NCBI GenBank assembly: GCA_048128005.1
Contig: JBEUKZ010000036.1
Span: forward strand, 186,001 to 250,000
Length of the DNA: 64,000 bases
Direction: 5' to 3'
Source of the DNA: Veleropilina oligotropha
Taxonomy: Eukaryota
Part shown: piece by piece, positions 49,436 to 63,459 of the stretch
Numbering within the stretch: position 1 is the first letter of the stretch
How the letters are laid out: every line of letters starts with the position of its first letter
Notes under the pieces: model-generated
Told to the model about the DNA's origin: nothing
The model's database searches: none
The model's input: only the letters and a program-made list of their open reading frames with translations
Made by a program: the position numbers and the translations under genes

Positions 49436-50421
49436 AATGTATGCAATTAACTTGAGAGGCAAGCTTGAATTGAACCGCTGATATAAGTCATGCGTGCAGG
49501 GCTCGCCTACCTGCCGGGTGGTTGCAGACTCAGTACTTTAAAGACCGGGGTGCCACTATAAAAGGGAGCAGGCGGTGCCCAGGTCATTTCTGAGTTAGCA
49601 ACAGATGAGATCACATCGAAGAATCGACATAATGATTGGTTGGCAAATTATAATAACAAGACTGCGACTTTGATTGGCAGTCACATAACAAAAGACATGT
49701 AATTACTGTGATTTAATGATGTGTTATTTTAGTGTAGGAAATTCACTTCACAGGCAAGCTTGGATAACAGACAACAGAAGGTCACGCCTCAAAAGCACAG
49801 GCATCGCCTACCTACCGGGTGGTTGCAGATTCCGGCCAATAACGCATCACATGTACCTTAACATTAACTTCAATTAGCATTTTTGGGTGGCATTGTTTGA
49901 ATTTTGTGACATACAACATCAGAGACCTGAGATTTCTGGATATGGGTTGGGACTTTTCCCATTGAACGGCATCTCCCTGGGGCTGATCTAGGCTTATTTT
50001 GTGCCCGTTATATCGGTTTTGGGCGCCCATACTGGAGAAATTGAAAAAAAATAAAACAATTGATTTACCTATAAAAAATTATAGTTTATCTGCTATAGGC
50101 TTTACTCTTAAGGCTACAAAATTTAGGTGACAAATCGGTATAAAATGAAAAATTTGTCACTATTTACAATGTTATTATGTAGGTCTACACTTTTATTTCT
50201 CTTGCGATTTTGTCGATATATTTATTTCGCTGGATTTGTTTTAGCGATATATTATCTCCCCTACTTCTCATGTGTCTGCTTCATTTCCTGCTAAGATCGC
50301 TCGTTTCCTAGCTATGGCTATTGAGAGTTTTGTTAATTGTTTCACATTCTGAATGCTTTGTGATGTCATCCATTGTCGCATAACAATGACTGTCATTTGT
50401 TTCAATGCCTGGTATAATTTA

Positions 50422-53400
50422 TTAGGCCCCGCAGGGAGGCCTATAGTGATCACCTTTTTCCGTCCGTCCGTCCTTCCGTCCGTCCGACCTGCACATTCTT
50501 TCATTTGCTCAATCTTAAGGTTAAGGTCCCAGGTTAAAGTTTCTTTTGCGCAATCTGCTGATGTTGCAAAGTATAAATAATAGACAATAAATAAATAAAG
50601 AAGAGTAGGTACTCAACTACTATTAATAGGCTTTACTTAATGGAATTTGATTCAAATTACCTTGGTTAAGGTTCCATTGGGATTAATTATGATTTTTAAA
50701 TATAAACAACTTTATTGAATGTCGACCACTTGTTTAATTATTATTTTTATTATTTTTAAATATAAACATAACTTTGGTGAAAGTCGATCACTTGTCTCTC
50801 TGTCAGACTTGCTCTAGGCTTGTAGTGTATGCTACAGGCACAGTAAGCAGTGAGACTTAAGGTGATAGTTTATGAGGTTATATACTTGTATATAGCTTCC
50901 CTGTTCGGAATATCCAACAGCTTCTTTGATCATGCTATGATGCCGATCAAGAGTAAACTATCCCATGGTCAGTGAATGTCCCAGGTTAATGTGCCATATG
51001 CTCAATCTTAAGGTTAAGATCACAGTAGAGTTTCATTTGCCCAATCTTCTAATAAGATCCCAGGTTAAAGATTCATTTGCCCAATCTTCAGGTTAAGGCC
51101 CCAGGTTAACGTTTGTTTTGCCCAATCTTCTGGTTAAGGTCCCAGGTCAAAGTTTCTACTTGTTTGATTTCTGAAGATTTGCGTTTGGCTCTGTTTCTCA
51201 AAAGTATAAGATCTAGATCAACATAACAATAGATGTTTCATGGGTACTGATGTTAAATGAATGCTTCGGATGCTGAATATTAGTATATAACATATATTAT
51301 ATAGTACAATGACTTTGTCATCATAGTAATCATTAAATCTGTGTTAAGATTTTGCTTTGTTTCCATATATCTTTTCACTCTAGCATCAGTTCAACTTCAA
51401 ACTTCACATGTGCAAACCTTATGAGCTGAAAAAAGTGCATACATATTTTTTTTTAAATAATAATAAATTACAAAAATTATTAAAAAAAAAAATCTTTTTT
51501 ATATATCAAGAAGTTTCATGATTGATTTTCATCATGTCTCTAGCAGTTATTCTGAAATAATTAGGGCCCCGTCAGGGAGCCCTATAGTGATCACCTTTTC
51601 CATCCGTCCGTCCTTCCGTCCGTCCGTCTGTCCTTCCGTCCGTCTGTCTGATGCTCATTTGGTTAAGGTTCAGGTTAAACCTTCTGTTAACATAATTTGA
51701 TATGAATGTATGGTAATAAATGAACAAGGGAATGTTCCTAAATGCTGTATTGAGATTAACGAAAGGAATTTCATATGTTTAATTGACATAGGAGAGAATT
51801 TAGGTTCAAAAATCTTGGTTAAGCTGTTTGGTTAAACGTTCTATTTGGTATTAATGGTTCACTTTTTCCGTATAATTTGCTTGATAAAGGCACTTTTTTG
51901 TCGCAGGCTTCTTTGAATATTACTGTTATGGATAATTCCAGAAACTGGAGTGTTGATATCGAACGAATTTATTAGAAATTTTCATGGTTAAGGTACCAGG
52001 TTAAAGGTTCAACTTGAAGCATTTTTGAAAGTTTTATGGTCAGGTTTGATTTTTTAACAAAGTTAAATGCTTGGTTATCATTTCAAGGAGCACTTTTATT
52101 AAAGGTATTTGCAACTGTTACCAAATGAATTTATTTTTTTTAACTTTTAACAGTAAATTTAAAAGAAAATAGTTTGGTTAAGGTACCAGGTTAAGGGTTC
52201 TCATTGAATCATTTTTGAAAGTTTTTTAGCAGTTTTTACAATGTTAAATGATTGAATATCATTTCAAGGAGCAGTTTTATTACAGGTAATTGTAATTGTT
52301 ACCAATTGGATTCATTTCTTAAAATTTTATCGGGAAATTTAAAAGAAAATAGTGTGGTTAAGATTCCAAGTTTTAGTTTCTAAGCATTTTTGAAAGTTTT
52401 ATGGCCATGTTTGATATTCTAACAGACTTAAATGTTTGTAATGCATGGTAGCTGTAAATGTTATCTAATGGATACATTGAAATTTTACATTTCAAATTTT
52501 AAATTTATTTTTAAATTTAATTTTAAATTTTAAATTTAATTGTAAATTTAATTGAAAAGAAAATCTTTATTGATCTTCAATGTCTATCTGTATCGGTCAT
52601 TTGTCTCTCTGTCAGACTTGCTCTAGGCTTGTAGTTGTTACTACAGGTACAGTAAGCCGTGAGACTTAAGGTGACAGGTTGTGGGGCTATATATATTTAA
52701 TATCATAGCTTCCCTGTTGGCAGTAGCCAATGGGTTCTTGATTATACTAGTATCAAGAGCAAGCTGTATCCCATGGCCAATACAAGCTTCATAAAATGGT
52801 CAATGTGTGTGGAATCATAAATGTTATTAGGGCCCCATCAGTGTTCGAGCTCTATTGTGATCACCTTTTCCATACGTCCGTCGCACATTTACTTAAGGTC
52901 CAGGAACCAAGGTTAAACATTCTGTAAACATAATTAAAGTTCCGTCAGGGAGCCCTGTAGGGATCACTTTTTTCGTCCGTCGCATATTTGGTTAAGGTCC
53001 AGGTTAAAAACCTTTTGTTAACATAATTTGATATGAATGTATGGCAATAAATGAACAAGGAAATGTTCCTACATGCTGTATTGAGATTAGCGAAAGGACT
53101 TTCACATGTTTAATTGGCATAGGAGAGAATTTAGCTGCAAAAATCTTAGTTAATATGCTGTTTGTAAATTTAACATGTTTAATCGACATAGGAGAGAATT
53201 TAGCATAACAAATCTTGGATAAGCTGTTTGGTTTTGGTTAAACGTTCTATTTGGTATTAATAATTCACTATTTTCATATATTTTGCCTGATAAAGTCACT
53301 TTTTTGTCAATGGCTTGTATTTGAAATAAATTCAAAGCAAACCAAATAAATAATTATGGCCCTGCAAGGCGGCCCTATAGTAATCACCTTTTCCATCCTT

Positions 53401-55010
53401 CCGTCCGTCCGTCGCAGATTTGGTTAAGGTTCAGGTTAACGCTTCTGTTAACACACTTTGCCCTGAATGTATGGCAATAAATGAACAAGAGAATGTTCCT
53501 ACATGCTGTAGTGGCATTAGTTTAAGGAATTTGACATGTTTAATGGACATTGAAGGGAATTAAGCTCTAAAAGTCTTGGTTAAGGTGTTTGGTTAAAGCT
53601 TCCAATTGGTGCTAATATTAATATTTTCATATTCTTTGTTTGATAAAGACACTTTTTTGTCAAAGGTTTGCTTGAAGATCACTATTATGAATCCTTCCTG
53701 AAACTGTAGTGTTGATATTGAAGGAATTTACTTGAAAATTTTATGGTTAAGGTACCAGGTTAAAGCTTCTACTTGAAGCATTTTTCCAGGTTTTGATGCC
53801 AGATTTGATGTTTTGACAAAGTTAAATGCTTGGATATCACTAGTAGATGCAATTTCATTAAAGATATTTGCAAATTTTATTTTTTTCTGAATATTTAATA
53901 GAAAATGACTTGGTTAATGTGCCAGGTTAAAGCTTCTGCTCCGTTGCATATTTGGTGAAGGTTCAGGTTAACGCTTCTGTTAACAAACTTAGCTCTATAT
54001 GTATGCTAATAAATGAACAAGGGAATGTTCCTACATGCTGTAGTGGTATTATTGATAGGAATTTGACATGTTTAATGGATATTGGAGGGAACTTTGCATA
54101 AAATATCTTGGTTAAGGTGTTTGGTTAAAGCTTACATTTGGTATTAAATAGTTCATTTTTACCCCCCCGGCATTAAATGCGGGGGGATATAGTCATCAGC
54201 ATGTCCGTCCGTCCGTCCGTCCGTCCGTCCGTCCCTCCGTCCGTCCGTCTGTCCGTCCGTCTGTAATCATTTCGTTTCCGGAGCATACCTCATAAACTGC
54301 TTTTCATATCTTTACGACACTTGGTGGGTGTATTATGGACATGGTGAACTGGTGCCTTTTGCCAGTTTCGACGTTGAGCGGCGATTATTAACAGAGTTAT
54401 TTCCCTTGTTGTAAATTCTAATTGATATCGTTTCCGGAGCATATCTCATACACCGCTCGACATAACTTTACGAAACTTGCTGGGTGTATTAAGTAGTCGG
54501 TGAACTGGTGCCTTTTGCCAGTTTCGCCGTTGTGCGGCGATTATTAACAGAGTTATTGCCCTTGTTGTAAATTCTAATCGATCTCTTTTCCAGAGCATAT
54601 CTCATATACCGCTCGATATAAAAGACATGCTAATCAGCTTAGTTACTGATGACTATGATTTCCTTGCCGCATCTTCTGTGTGAGACATCTGTGCACCGGG
54701 GGGATATGTCATCTTCTGATGGCTCTTGTTTCATATGATTTAATGTTTAGTTTCTGTCTGTCTCTGACTACAGGTACATCAAGGTGAGAGAGGCAACAGT
54801 TTGTGACACAATATCATCATGTATAGCTTTTATGTTGGAAATATCCAGTACATAATGATTTTGGAGTATCAATAGCATAAGCTTCATCAAATGGTCAATG
54901 TAAATTTACCTTCTATTTTTGCATATATAACAATTATTGCTCACATGTGAATGTTTATCGAGTTATATTGGTGGAGCGGGGCCCACTGTGATGGCACCCC
55001 ATCACTTGTT
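50422..55010 (+). mobile_element. Complete HINE-like composite element
   Basis: 5' ggccccgc and 3' gcggggcc subTIRs; terminal hairpin gtgatgg...ccatcac followed by ttgtt. Confidence 0.75.
54158..54730 (+). mobile_element. Nested HINE/DINE-like element with (GTCC)n and ~125-bp core repeats
   Basis: ttt-acccccccgg...gcggggggata; (gtcc)n at 54204-54262; 3' ccggggggata, hairpin gtcatc...gatggc, ttgtt. Confidence 0.8.
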
Positions 55011-56153
55011 ATCTAGTTTTTCCTGGTCTGCATTCAGCGCAACAAAAGCCATTTGAAAGTATAACTTTCGATTGCAATCTAGACCGATATAGATGGCGCC
55101 ATTGCTGCCCAACTTTTAACTTGGGCAATGCCCACTTCGACCGTGCCCAACTTTCCACGGTATTAACTTCGGCAAGAAGCTTCGTTTTCTCATTTCATTA
55201 CAAATTCGCATACTCTAAGCGGTTTAAAAGTTCTGATATTTGACTATTGAAGATGTGCTGAGTATATATATTATTTGCTAATAGGAAAATTAGAATTTGG
55301 GGATAGGGGAAGTTTGATGACATCGCGAGGTAGTCACAAAATGGATGACGCATTAACTTTGATTTGTGAGACTGAGTGGTTACATTCACGGCTATTGTTA
55401 TTGTCGAGAGTTGAATAAAGAACACAAAAGATATTTAAGATTAATTGGGAGTCCTATTTCATTCAAAGGGTGGGGCTTTACTGAAATGTCGATTTGCTAA
55501 TGAAATAAAACAAACAATTCAATTGACAATGCATCCACTGTTCAAATACCGGTACCGTGAAGGAATGACATCAGGACACACATTGGATGGGCAGATTTAT
55601 ATTTCATTGCATCCTCAAAAAATAAATATATTTTTGCACCGGTATTAGACCTCATTTCTATTGTCGACCCAACACTAATTCTGAAAATCTGAACTGTAAT
55701 CTTATTACCGCGATGTTCAGCTTAAAGAAAAAATATTTTGGGAGCCATGGTTAGTCACGCGTTATAACCGATTCCGCGCTATACCGAGGCGCATTGTATC
55801 GAGGCTGTCGTGTACTGATTAATGAACAGGCTATCCTTAAGGTACCATGCATAAATGTGGACATGGGTATTTCTGTTAATTTACAAACAGCACAGATATA
55901 TTCATGAAAAATAATCTTAATGGACAGAAACTTCATACTGATGCGTATATATATGTCATCGCTGTAAGAGAGGCTCCTCCCCCTCTCGCCAACATAATAA
56001 GATATGTAGGAGAAGTGGATATGTAGGAGAAGTGTTACTTGTACAAAATCAATTTGTCAATTTGATGTCATATATGCTATGAATTAATCAAATGGACTGT
56101 TGTTACACTTTTTCAAGGTGATTATTGTCGCAAAATAATTAAGACGATCAATA

Positions 56154-56671
56154 GAACTTTCATGGACAATGATTTAATGTGCACCTTACAGGCATCAACA
56201 TTCTTTAAAGAGTGGTGAAAACCGCATGCAAATATTTTAATTCGTTAGAAAGTTATAGAGATTTGAAAAATTGATTAGTTTGGATTATGCGTGGATTCTT
56301 ATGATGTCACAACAAGAACATGAATAATATGCATGTTAAATTTTTATTTATAATAATTTTATTTTTGATGCAATGTCTAATTGATTTAATAGATTGATTA
56401 CCTATGCAGAAATACACATTACAATAAAAAATATTACATTTCATTCCCAATAATATTGATTTTAATAACAAAAATAAAAATAATTTAAAAAATAATTTGC
56501 ATATTATTCATGGTCTTGTTGTGATGTCATAACTCATTTGCATAAAATATGCAGAAATTAAAACTTTAATAACTTGTGACAGAACTGGAATATTTGCATG
56601 CGGTTTTCACGAGTCTTATTAGATTACCAATGACTATAATGTGAATATTAAATATTTGACCATGATAGTTC
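56154..56671. repeat. Degenerate long inverted repeat (old foldback MITE)
   Basis: gtgaaaaccgcatgcaaatatt pairs with aatatttgcatgcggttttcac; ttatgatgtcacaacaagaacatgaataatatgca pairs with tgcatattattcatggtcttgttgtgatgtcataa. Confidence 0.7.
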
Positions 56672-57262
56672 ATCTTTGATATATTTAATAAGAAAAATAT
56701 CTTCCACAAAATATAGAATACACAATGTGGCATAAGTTATGTCACCCTGTCAAGTTCTGTGACCTGAAAATATTGGAAACATATAATATATGTTAACTGT
56801 AAAGAGACAATTTTAATATTCATGAAGTACCATCAAATCTGTTATCTTGCTTCTCAAAGCATCTAAACTTCAGGGGCGCCGTTGGTCACTTTTTGAGCCC
56901 GCTCACTTACCTATGGGGCCCCAAACTAAAACCCTGGATCAGCCCATGTCTCCATTGCACAGCTTGAATATTTCGAAATTTGATTTTTGTGCCGTAGTAT
57001 ATGCATGCAGGTAATGGTAACGATATTCAAGAATTATATGTCTTCCCTAAGCTTCATGCCATGGTATATATTGCATGCATTGCGATTCCTGGAAGTTTTC
57101 CCTATTTTCATGCCCTTTTATTTATAGCATGAAGAACCATATGTGCCTTTTGAAAAGTGCACCACTCTTGACGATTATGTGGATTTTCCAAAGAACGCTC
57201 TTGGCTTGCCTGCAGATGAGATTCAAAGTCTGGTAAACGTGTGCAGTAAGTGTGATCATTAA

Positions 57263-57499
57263 CTTTGTCGGCGCTGTAGACTACTTAATTGGACATTGAG
57301 CTCTTATGCACCATACCGGTAGGCGACATTTGTCGACATTACAGTATGACATTCATATCCATCGATATTTATTAATGCCGTCAATAGAGGTCGATTCAGT
57401 TATGTCTCTTGCCGAGTTAAGGGAACCTTGTCGTCGCCATTTGCAATTTGAAGCGATGTTGCAAACAATGAGGTATAAATCATCATGGCGCTGAAAGAG
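57263..57499. mobile_element. TTAA-flanked piggyBac-like MITE
   Basis: ttaa-ctttgtcggcgc...gcgctgaaagag-ttaa, imperfect TIRs. Confidence 0.6.
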
Positions 57500-57621
57500 T
57501 TAATAAATATTATTAATTCGCAAATGTAGCATGTCAATTAAAGGCATAAGTTATCAGTTATTGTGTGGATTCTGGCACATCGGAAACCTGCAACGGTACA
57601 TTCACAATTACAATATACTTG

Positions 57622-58106
57622 ATGTTCATGTAGATATCCTTTATGTTCATGTAGATACAGGTAGATATCCTTTATGTTCATGTAGATACATGTAGATATC
57701 CTTTATGTTCATGTAGATACATGTAGATATCCTTTATGTTCATGTAGATACATGTAGATATCCTTTATGTTCATGTAGATACATGTAGATATCCTTTATG
57801 TTCATGTAGATGCATGTAGATATCCTTTATGTTCATGTAGATACATGTATATATCCTTTATGTTCATGTAGATACATGTAGAAATCCTTTATGTTCATGT
57901 AGATACATGTAGATATCCTTTATGTTCATGTAGATACATGTAGATATCCTTTATGTTCATGTAGATACATGTAGATATCCTTTATGTTCATGTAGATACA
58001 GGTAGATATCCTTTATGTTCATGTAGATACATGTAGATATCCTTTATGTTCATGTAGATACATGTAGATATCCTTTATGTTCATGTAGATAATGTAGATA
58101 TCCTTT
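57622..58106. repeat. 31-bp minisatellite, ~15 units
   Basis: (atgttcatgtagatacatgtagatatccttt)n preceded by one 21-bp unit. Confidence 0.95.
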
Positions 58107-59452
58107 CCCGTCATTTTTCATTGACAGTTGCTGCCTACGAGATTCTGAATAACAACGGAATAAACCTGAAACTGCTTCTAGCTGAATACATCATTGTTGA
58201 AAACAATGATTGTGGGAGGTAGGGGAACATTGATTTGGTGCTTTATGTTATGCATATGATATATGGCGAGGTCTGTTCATCGTCTTTTTTCGTGTTTTCT
58301 TGTCATAATATCTGTAGCAATCTTTCTTTTTAACCCCTTGTACCCTGATATGTACCTCACCCACCCTGGGCTTTTTGAGATGGTTATGTATATATGTGAC
58401 CCTCCATTACAAAATGAGGCGCATGTCGCAAGACACCAAATGACGCTAGTGGCTAAAAACGAGTGATGTCATGTTATCGGAGCTATTTTGGTATTTTTTG
58501 ATAACTTGGTCAATGATAGTCAAACAGTTGCAGTGTACTTGATTTAAAAAAAATGCAATATTTTAGCTTTTATGCGAGTGCACCCATATCCTTTTTTTCA
58601 ATTTACGGCTATACTGTCACTAAAACAACCAGAATTTTCGATAATATGTAGTTCGGCCGTCGAGAAACTCTCCCTACATTATCGGGTATCAATCGGAAGC
58701 TGGTATACTCTACTTTCCAAATATGGCACCTGGTATATTTACCTGGGAAGATTATCATTATGAAGCAATGTTCAGTCAGGTTGTCGAATGGTATCTGGCT
58801 CCATAGTGCATGATTGTTTTGGCGGTCAACAAAGATTCAGAACTGAAGAAATCAGCATGGTATGTGGTCTAATCTTCAGGCTGTCAACATTGATAATTTC
58901 TCACTGATCCATACCTTGATTAATTTGAGCTCACAGCTCTTTCCATTCTCAAAATGAGCAATACAGTACTTGAATACACAGAAAATTAAACACTGCATCA
59001 TCCAGATATATGAAAACAGCACAGTAATATTTAATTTATTTTATTTCATTAATTCCATATGAATATATTATTGTATCTCAGTAATGCTACATATCCAGAT
59101 AGTGCTTTTCAGAAGATTAATATACTAGACTTATAGTATTACATTATAGGTAATTTAACGTAAAGCATGTTGAGAGTCCATGAGGTCAGTATGCAAGACA
59201 AAAACAGATTAATAAATAACTTTCTTACCAGTAATGAAACTGAACTTACAATTGTGTTTCTGCACTTTCATCAAACTGTATACACGTATATATAACCCAC
59301 ATGACCAGTTTAAGATATACAAGTAAAGTTAACAATGCTAAATACATGATTAATTATTATGAAAATTTGACATTACAGATATAAAATTTTAACACTTTTT
59401 TACACACAAATTATCAAATATATCATAACAGGAATATTATTATATATTTATA

Positions 59453-61399
59453 CAGTGGATTCCACTTAATTGCATAACGCTTAATTGCATATTTCGGATA
59501 TTTGCATAAAATCTGCAGGAACAGAATAGTTTACTATTATTATCATATGCAAATAATCGCTTAATTGCATGCATAATTACCGGATTTTCGCTTATTTGCA
59601 TAAGAAATTTTCGACTGCACAATACATAATTGATATTAACATCGTTAAATTTATCAAAATAGTTGCGTATTTGCCGGTATGTCTTGCTACGCCATCGTAA
59701 AGATGTTTATTCAACAGTAACATTCGAAGTTTAACCATTTTTTCAACCTCGTGGGTTTCAAAATAATTTTTACTTCCGGAAAAAGTCGGAACTGAAAGTC
59801 GATAAACATCGTTTCAGTGTAGAAATGTTACGGAAATGAACGATGTCAATCGGGGATATTATGGGATGGCAGACATCGATCGATAATCGGATTAAAAATA
59901 AAATCTATTGTCCAAGTCCAAATGACAGACTTTTGGGTTTATCTGAACGCAAAATCAAAGATTATTATTATTATTATTATTTAATACATTTATAATGCGC
60001 CTATTCTAGTGTAGCTCTAAGCGCAATACAAACTATAACTAATATTACAGTACAATGTACACAAGAATATACAGGAGAGACATCAATGATACATACTATG
60101 AATGCAATAAGCAATAATAATAATAAACAGAATATTTTTTTGTTGAGTTTTTTCAATTTTATTAATTTTTTTTTTTTACAAGCCCAATCAGACAAAGAGG
60201 TGAAGCAGCCCCTGCGTGAACTTCAACCAACTTTGAATGATACATATGATGAATGCTATAAGCAATAACAATAAACAGATGTGAAGCAGTCATTACTGTC
60301 CTCCACTACTACGATGTCAGCTGAATTGTTAGTGAGATTTGATCAGGTTGGCATATACATCAGCAAATAGGTGTGTTTTCAACATCTTCCGAAAACTTGT
60401 CTGAGATGTGCTTTCCTTTACTTTAGATGGGAGTTTGTTCCAGAGTTTTGGGGCATTGTTGATAAATGCTCTATCGCCATATTTATTCATTGTTCTATTC
60501 TCTGTCAACTGTTGTAATTGCTGCGACCTAAGTGCTCTAATAGGTCGATATTGAGCCAGAAGTTCAATAATATATCCAGGCGCTTTTCCTTGAAGAGAAT
60601 TGTAAACGAATGTAAGAATTTTGAAGATAATCCGTTTCTCAACAGGGAGCCAGTGTAGGCTATATAGCAGCGGGGTTGCATGGTCCCTTGGCTGGGCAAG
60701 TAAAATCAGCCTTACATATGTATTCATGTGAACATCACTTAGTTCGCCGATAAATAACATAATTATAAGACAACAACAACACAACGTTTCTTTTGTAACA
60801 AAATTAACAAGACAAAGATTATCTCCCCTGATTTGGTTTCGTAGCATCGCCGTTGAGAACTACAGTGATTTAATTATTATTGTAATTTATATATGAAGAC
60901 AACGTCTTATAAGTTTTTTTATATCATATCATAATATACTGGACTAATTAAATATCGCTAGAAATAATTATTCAATAATTGTAAAAACAAATCGATTCGA
61001 GATTAAAACATAGGGCTAAATTTCCAACATGGCGGCCGATAACGCAACACATGTTCAGCAGAAGAGAAACATTCAGAATATGAATTTCCACACCCTAGTA
61101 AACTATATATCAATTCTACAAAAACAGGTCAGAATAACCACAAAATATTGTGTATACAATCCGTATTCATGGAAAGAATAAATTAATACATTACGCAAAT
61201 TCTCCTTTGCAAATAAATTTATTACCAGGACATATATTTATAATAATAAAGAACCATTTAAATACAAGTAGGCTAATTATCATGGGTGAGATTTCCGGTG
61301 AAAAACTTGCCGAAATTTACGTGACGGTTAAACGCATAATCCGCTTATTTGCATAAATAATCGAGACAATCTCGCTATGCAAATAAGCGGAATCCACTG
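59453..61399. mobile_element. Non-autonomous Tc1/mariner (pogo/Tigger-like) element with TA TSD
   Basis: ta-CAGTGGATTCCACTTAATTGCATA ... TATGCAAATAAGCGGAATCCACTG-ta; subterminal cgcttatttgcata repeats at both ends. Confidence 0.9.
59961..60712 (-). mobile_element. 3' fragment of an L2 LINE nested in the mariner-like element
   Basis: RLILLAQPRDHATPLLYSLHWLPV...FRKMLKTHLF in ORF 60329-60847; (ATT)n tail at 59961-59981. Confidence 0.88.
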
Positions 61400-62721
61400 T
61401 ACATACGTTTGCTGTAGTATTTTTATATAATTATGCATCTTTCAAGCAGGATTGTTCACAATTTATTAAATTCATGAGACGTATACAGGTCAATCATAAT
61501 ATTTATGATGGTAAAATACTCTACAAACTTTTTCCAAAGTACACTAAGCAAGAATTCACAAATTGAATGGCATATATATTATAATATTCCTCATTTCCGC
61601 ATTTCATGGGTTCATGTACTCCTCCAAAGATTTGCGATGAACTCTATGGAAGATTAGGTGGAGTATGCTATTCGATCAGCTCGATCCATTGCAAGCCTTT
61701 TCAGAAAATCACAGTTCAGCTGAAATAAAACAAATTTGCAGAATGAATAAATTTAAAGAATTGAAATTTATTCACAACAATATAAAACTTAAAATATAAA
61801 GTAGAGTTATATATATATATATATGAATAAAATTTAATGATGATTTGATGATTATTTAAAAATAAATTTCATAGACATCTATTGGACTAAACATGTTCCA
61901 TTCAATAGGATAATATTTTACTAATAAAATTATATATTTAATAAAATTTACTTATTTCCTTTGTATATTTCATAAAATTTACTTATTTTTGTTGTATATT
62001 TCATAAAATACATTTTACTTATATTTAATGCAATGTATTTTACTTAATTAATTCACTTTTATGAAATAAAATTAATTTCTGTATTTTCATAATACTCAAA
62101 AGAGCTCAATTATGAGCAAATTTCTATAAAATTATAAAGTCCTATTAACACAATAATTTATTCATGAATTAACTTCGAAATGTTTGCATTCCTGTATGTT
62201 GTTTGCTAGTTGGAAGATATGGCAACAAGATAATAAATACACATTATGTAACCTACATTTAAGAACGAAATTCAAAATAAGTAATTCAATATATATAAAA
62301 TGATGACGACTAGAAAATCATATTAAATATTAATTTGTAATACAATTATTAATAGTTATGATTGACAATATCACAATTTGCACTATTTGATATCAGAAAT
62401 AATACTAGTAACATACAATGTAACATGTAGGGTAGGCCTTATTAGGCTAATATATTACTTAAGTAGGCTATTGTCGCCTTCTCCCATGATCCGTTTACCG
62501 TTACAAGCTGTACTCACCAAAATGTGTCATTCGCAAATCGTTCCTCGTCGTCGTATTTCAGTATTTCGTAAGTCCCTGATTCATGCCATGCAATCGCCGA
62601 ATTTATCGTCATTGTTTGGATCATGGGTACCACGTGTAACAGCATAAAACTAGATTTAATTTACTAAAGTTGAATGAATTGACGGTGCCGATGTCATCTC
62701 CGTTTAAAGAGTATTCTAAAC

Positions 62722-63138
62722 GTGATATACTCCCATGACACGGACATCAAGGTGATCATCTCGGGCCTAACTCCGCGATGTGATGTTGACGTCAAGCAAC
62801 TTAATGCAGCTTTGAAGGACATGTGCCTCTGTTATGGCCTAATTTATGTGGAGAACTATGGATCATGTGATAACCATGAGATGTTCAATCGCGATGGCAT
62901 CCACTTGAATAGGAAAGGCACCTCCCAACTGCTCAGGAACATCGACAGCCTGTGCCCTATTTTGAAATGGTCTCGAAGTTCTGGCAACAATTCGACATCT
63001 TGTCAAGAACAATGCTGCTTCTTTTGTGGTGAAGCAGGACACTCGTCGAAAGTGTGTTTTCATGGTGCTGCCGTTCAATGTTGGACTTGTGGTTTGTATG
63101 GTCACAAATCACGGATCTGTGGTCAAAGTATTCAATAA
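62722..63138 (+). CDS. LINE ORF1 C-terminal part: SGNH-esterase-like domain plus two CCHC zinc knuckles
   Basis: VIISGLTPR, DGIHLNRKG, CFFCGEAGHSSKVC, CWTCGLYGHKSRIC. Confidence 0.75.
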   Translation: MIYSHDTDIKVIISGLTPRCDVDVKQLNAALKDMCLCYGLIYVENYGSCDNHEMFNRDGIHLNRKGTSQLLRNIDSLCPILKWSRSSGNNSTSCQEQCCFFCGEAGHSSKVCFHGAAVQCWTCGLYGHKSRICGQSIQ

Positions 63139-63459
63139 CAGCTTGGCAAAGCAGACGAAGCCGACAAGATACAATTAAACAATAACTTTGAATTGTTGCA
63201 ATCTTTATGCACTGAATGCAATACAGAGTCTTGTGTATGTGGAGACAATGATGTTGAATTTTCTTCACTCAACAAACATTTTATGTCAATATCAAACAAA
63301 GCTGTCAAAGTAAAAAGTGATGTATCAAGCACATTATATATCCCTGAGTCCCAATTATTACAAGCTAATTCAAACTATGACTTTTTATGTACATGTAATT
63401 TATTTATTCTTTTGATTTGTGTTTGCATATGCCTTCAGGATTTATTGTATATGAATATG

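Larger units (their letters stand above)
30311..53780 (+). repeat. Tandem segmental duplication, copy 2 (with 7.4-kb DIRS-B insertion)
   Basis: Colinear with 13981-30310 apart from DIRS-B and small indels. Confidence 0.95.
56963..58218 (+). pseudogene. Possible three-exon remnant of an unidentified gene (56963-57010, 57128-57245, 58128-58218)
   Basis: AG/GT boundaries with compatible phases give LEYFEI*FLCRSICMQ-HEEPYVPFEKCTTLDDYVDFPKNALGLPADEIQSLVNVC-IAAYEILNNNGINLKLLLAEYIIVENNDCG. No family recognised. Confidence 0.4.

Noticed and set aside
57622..58106. CRISPR-like regular array
   Set aside because: Head-to-tail 31-bp units with no unique spacers, no cas genes, and a eukaryotic context.
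58394..58940. tatatgtgaccc... as a DNA-transposon terminus
   Set aside because: No convincing matching inverted end found in the window.
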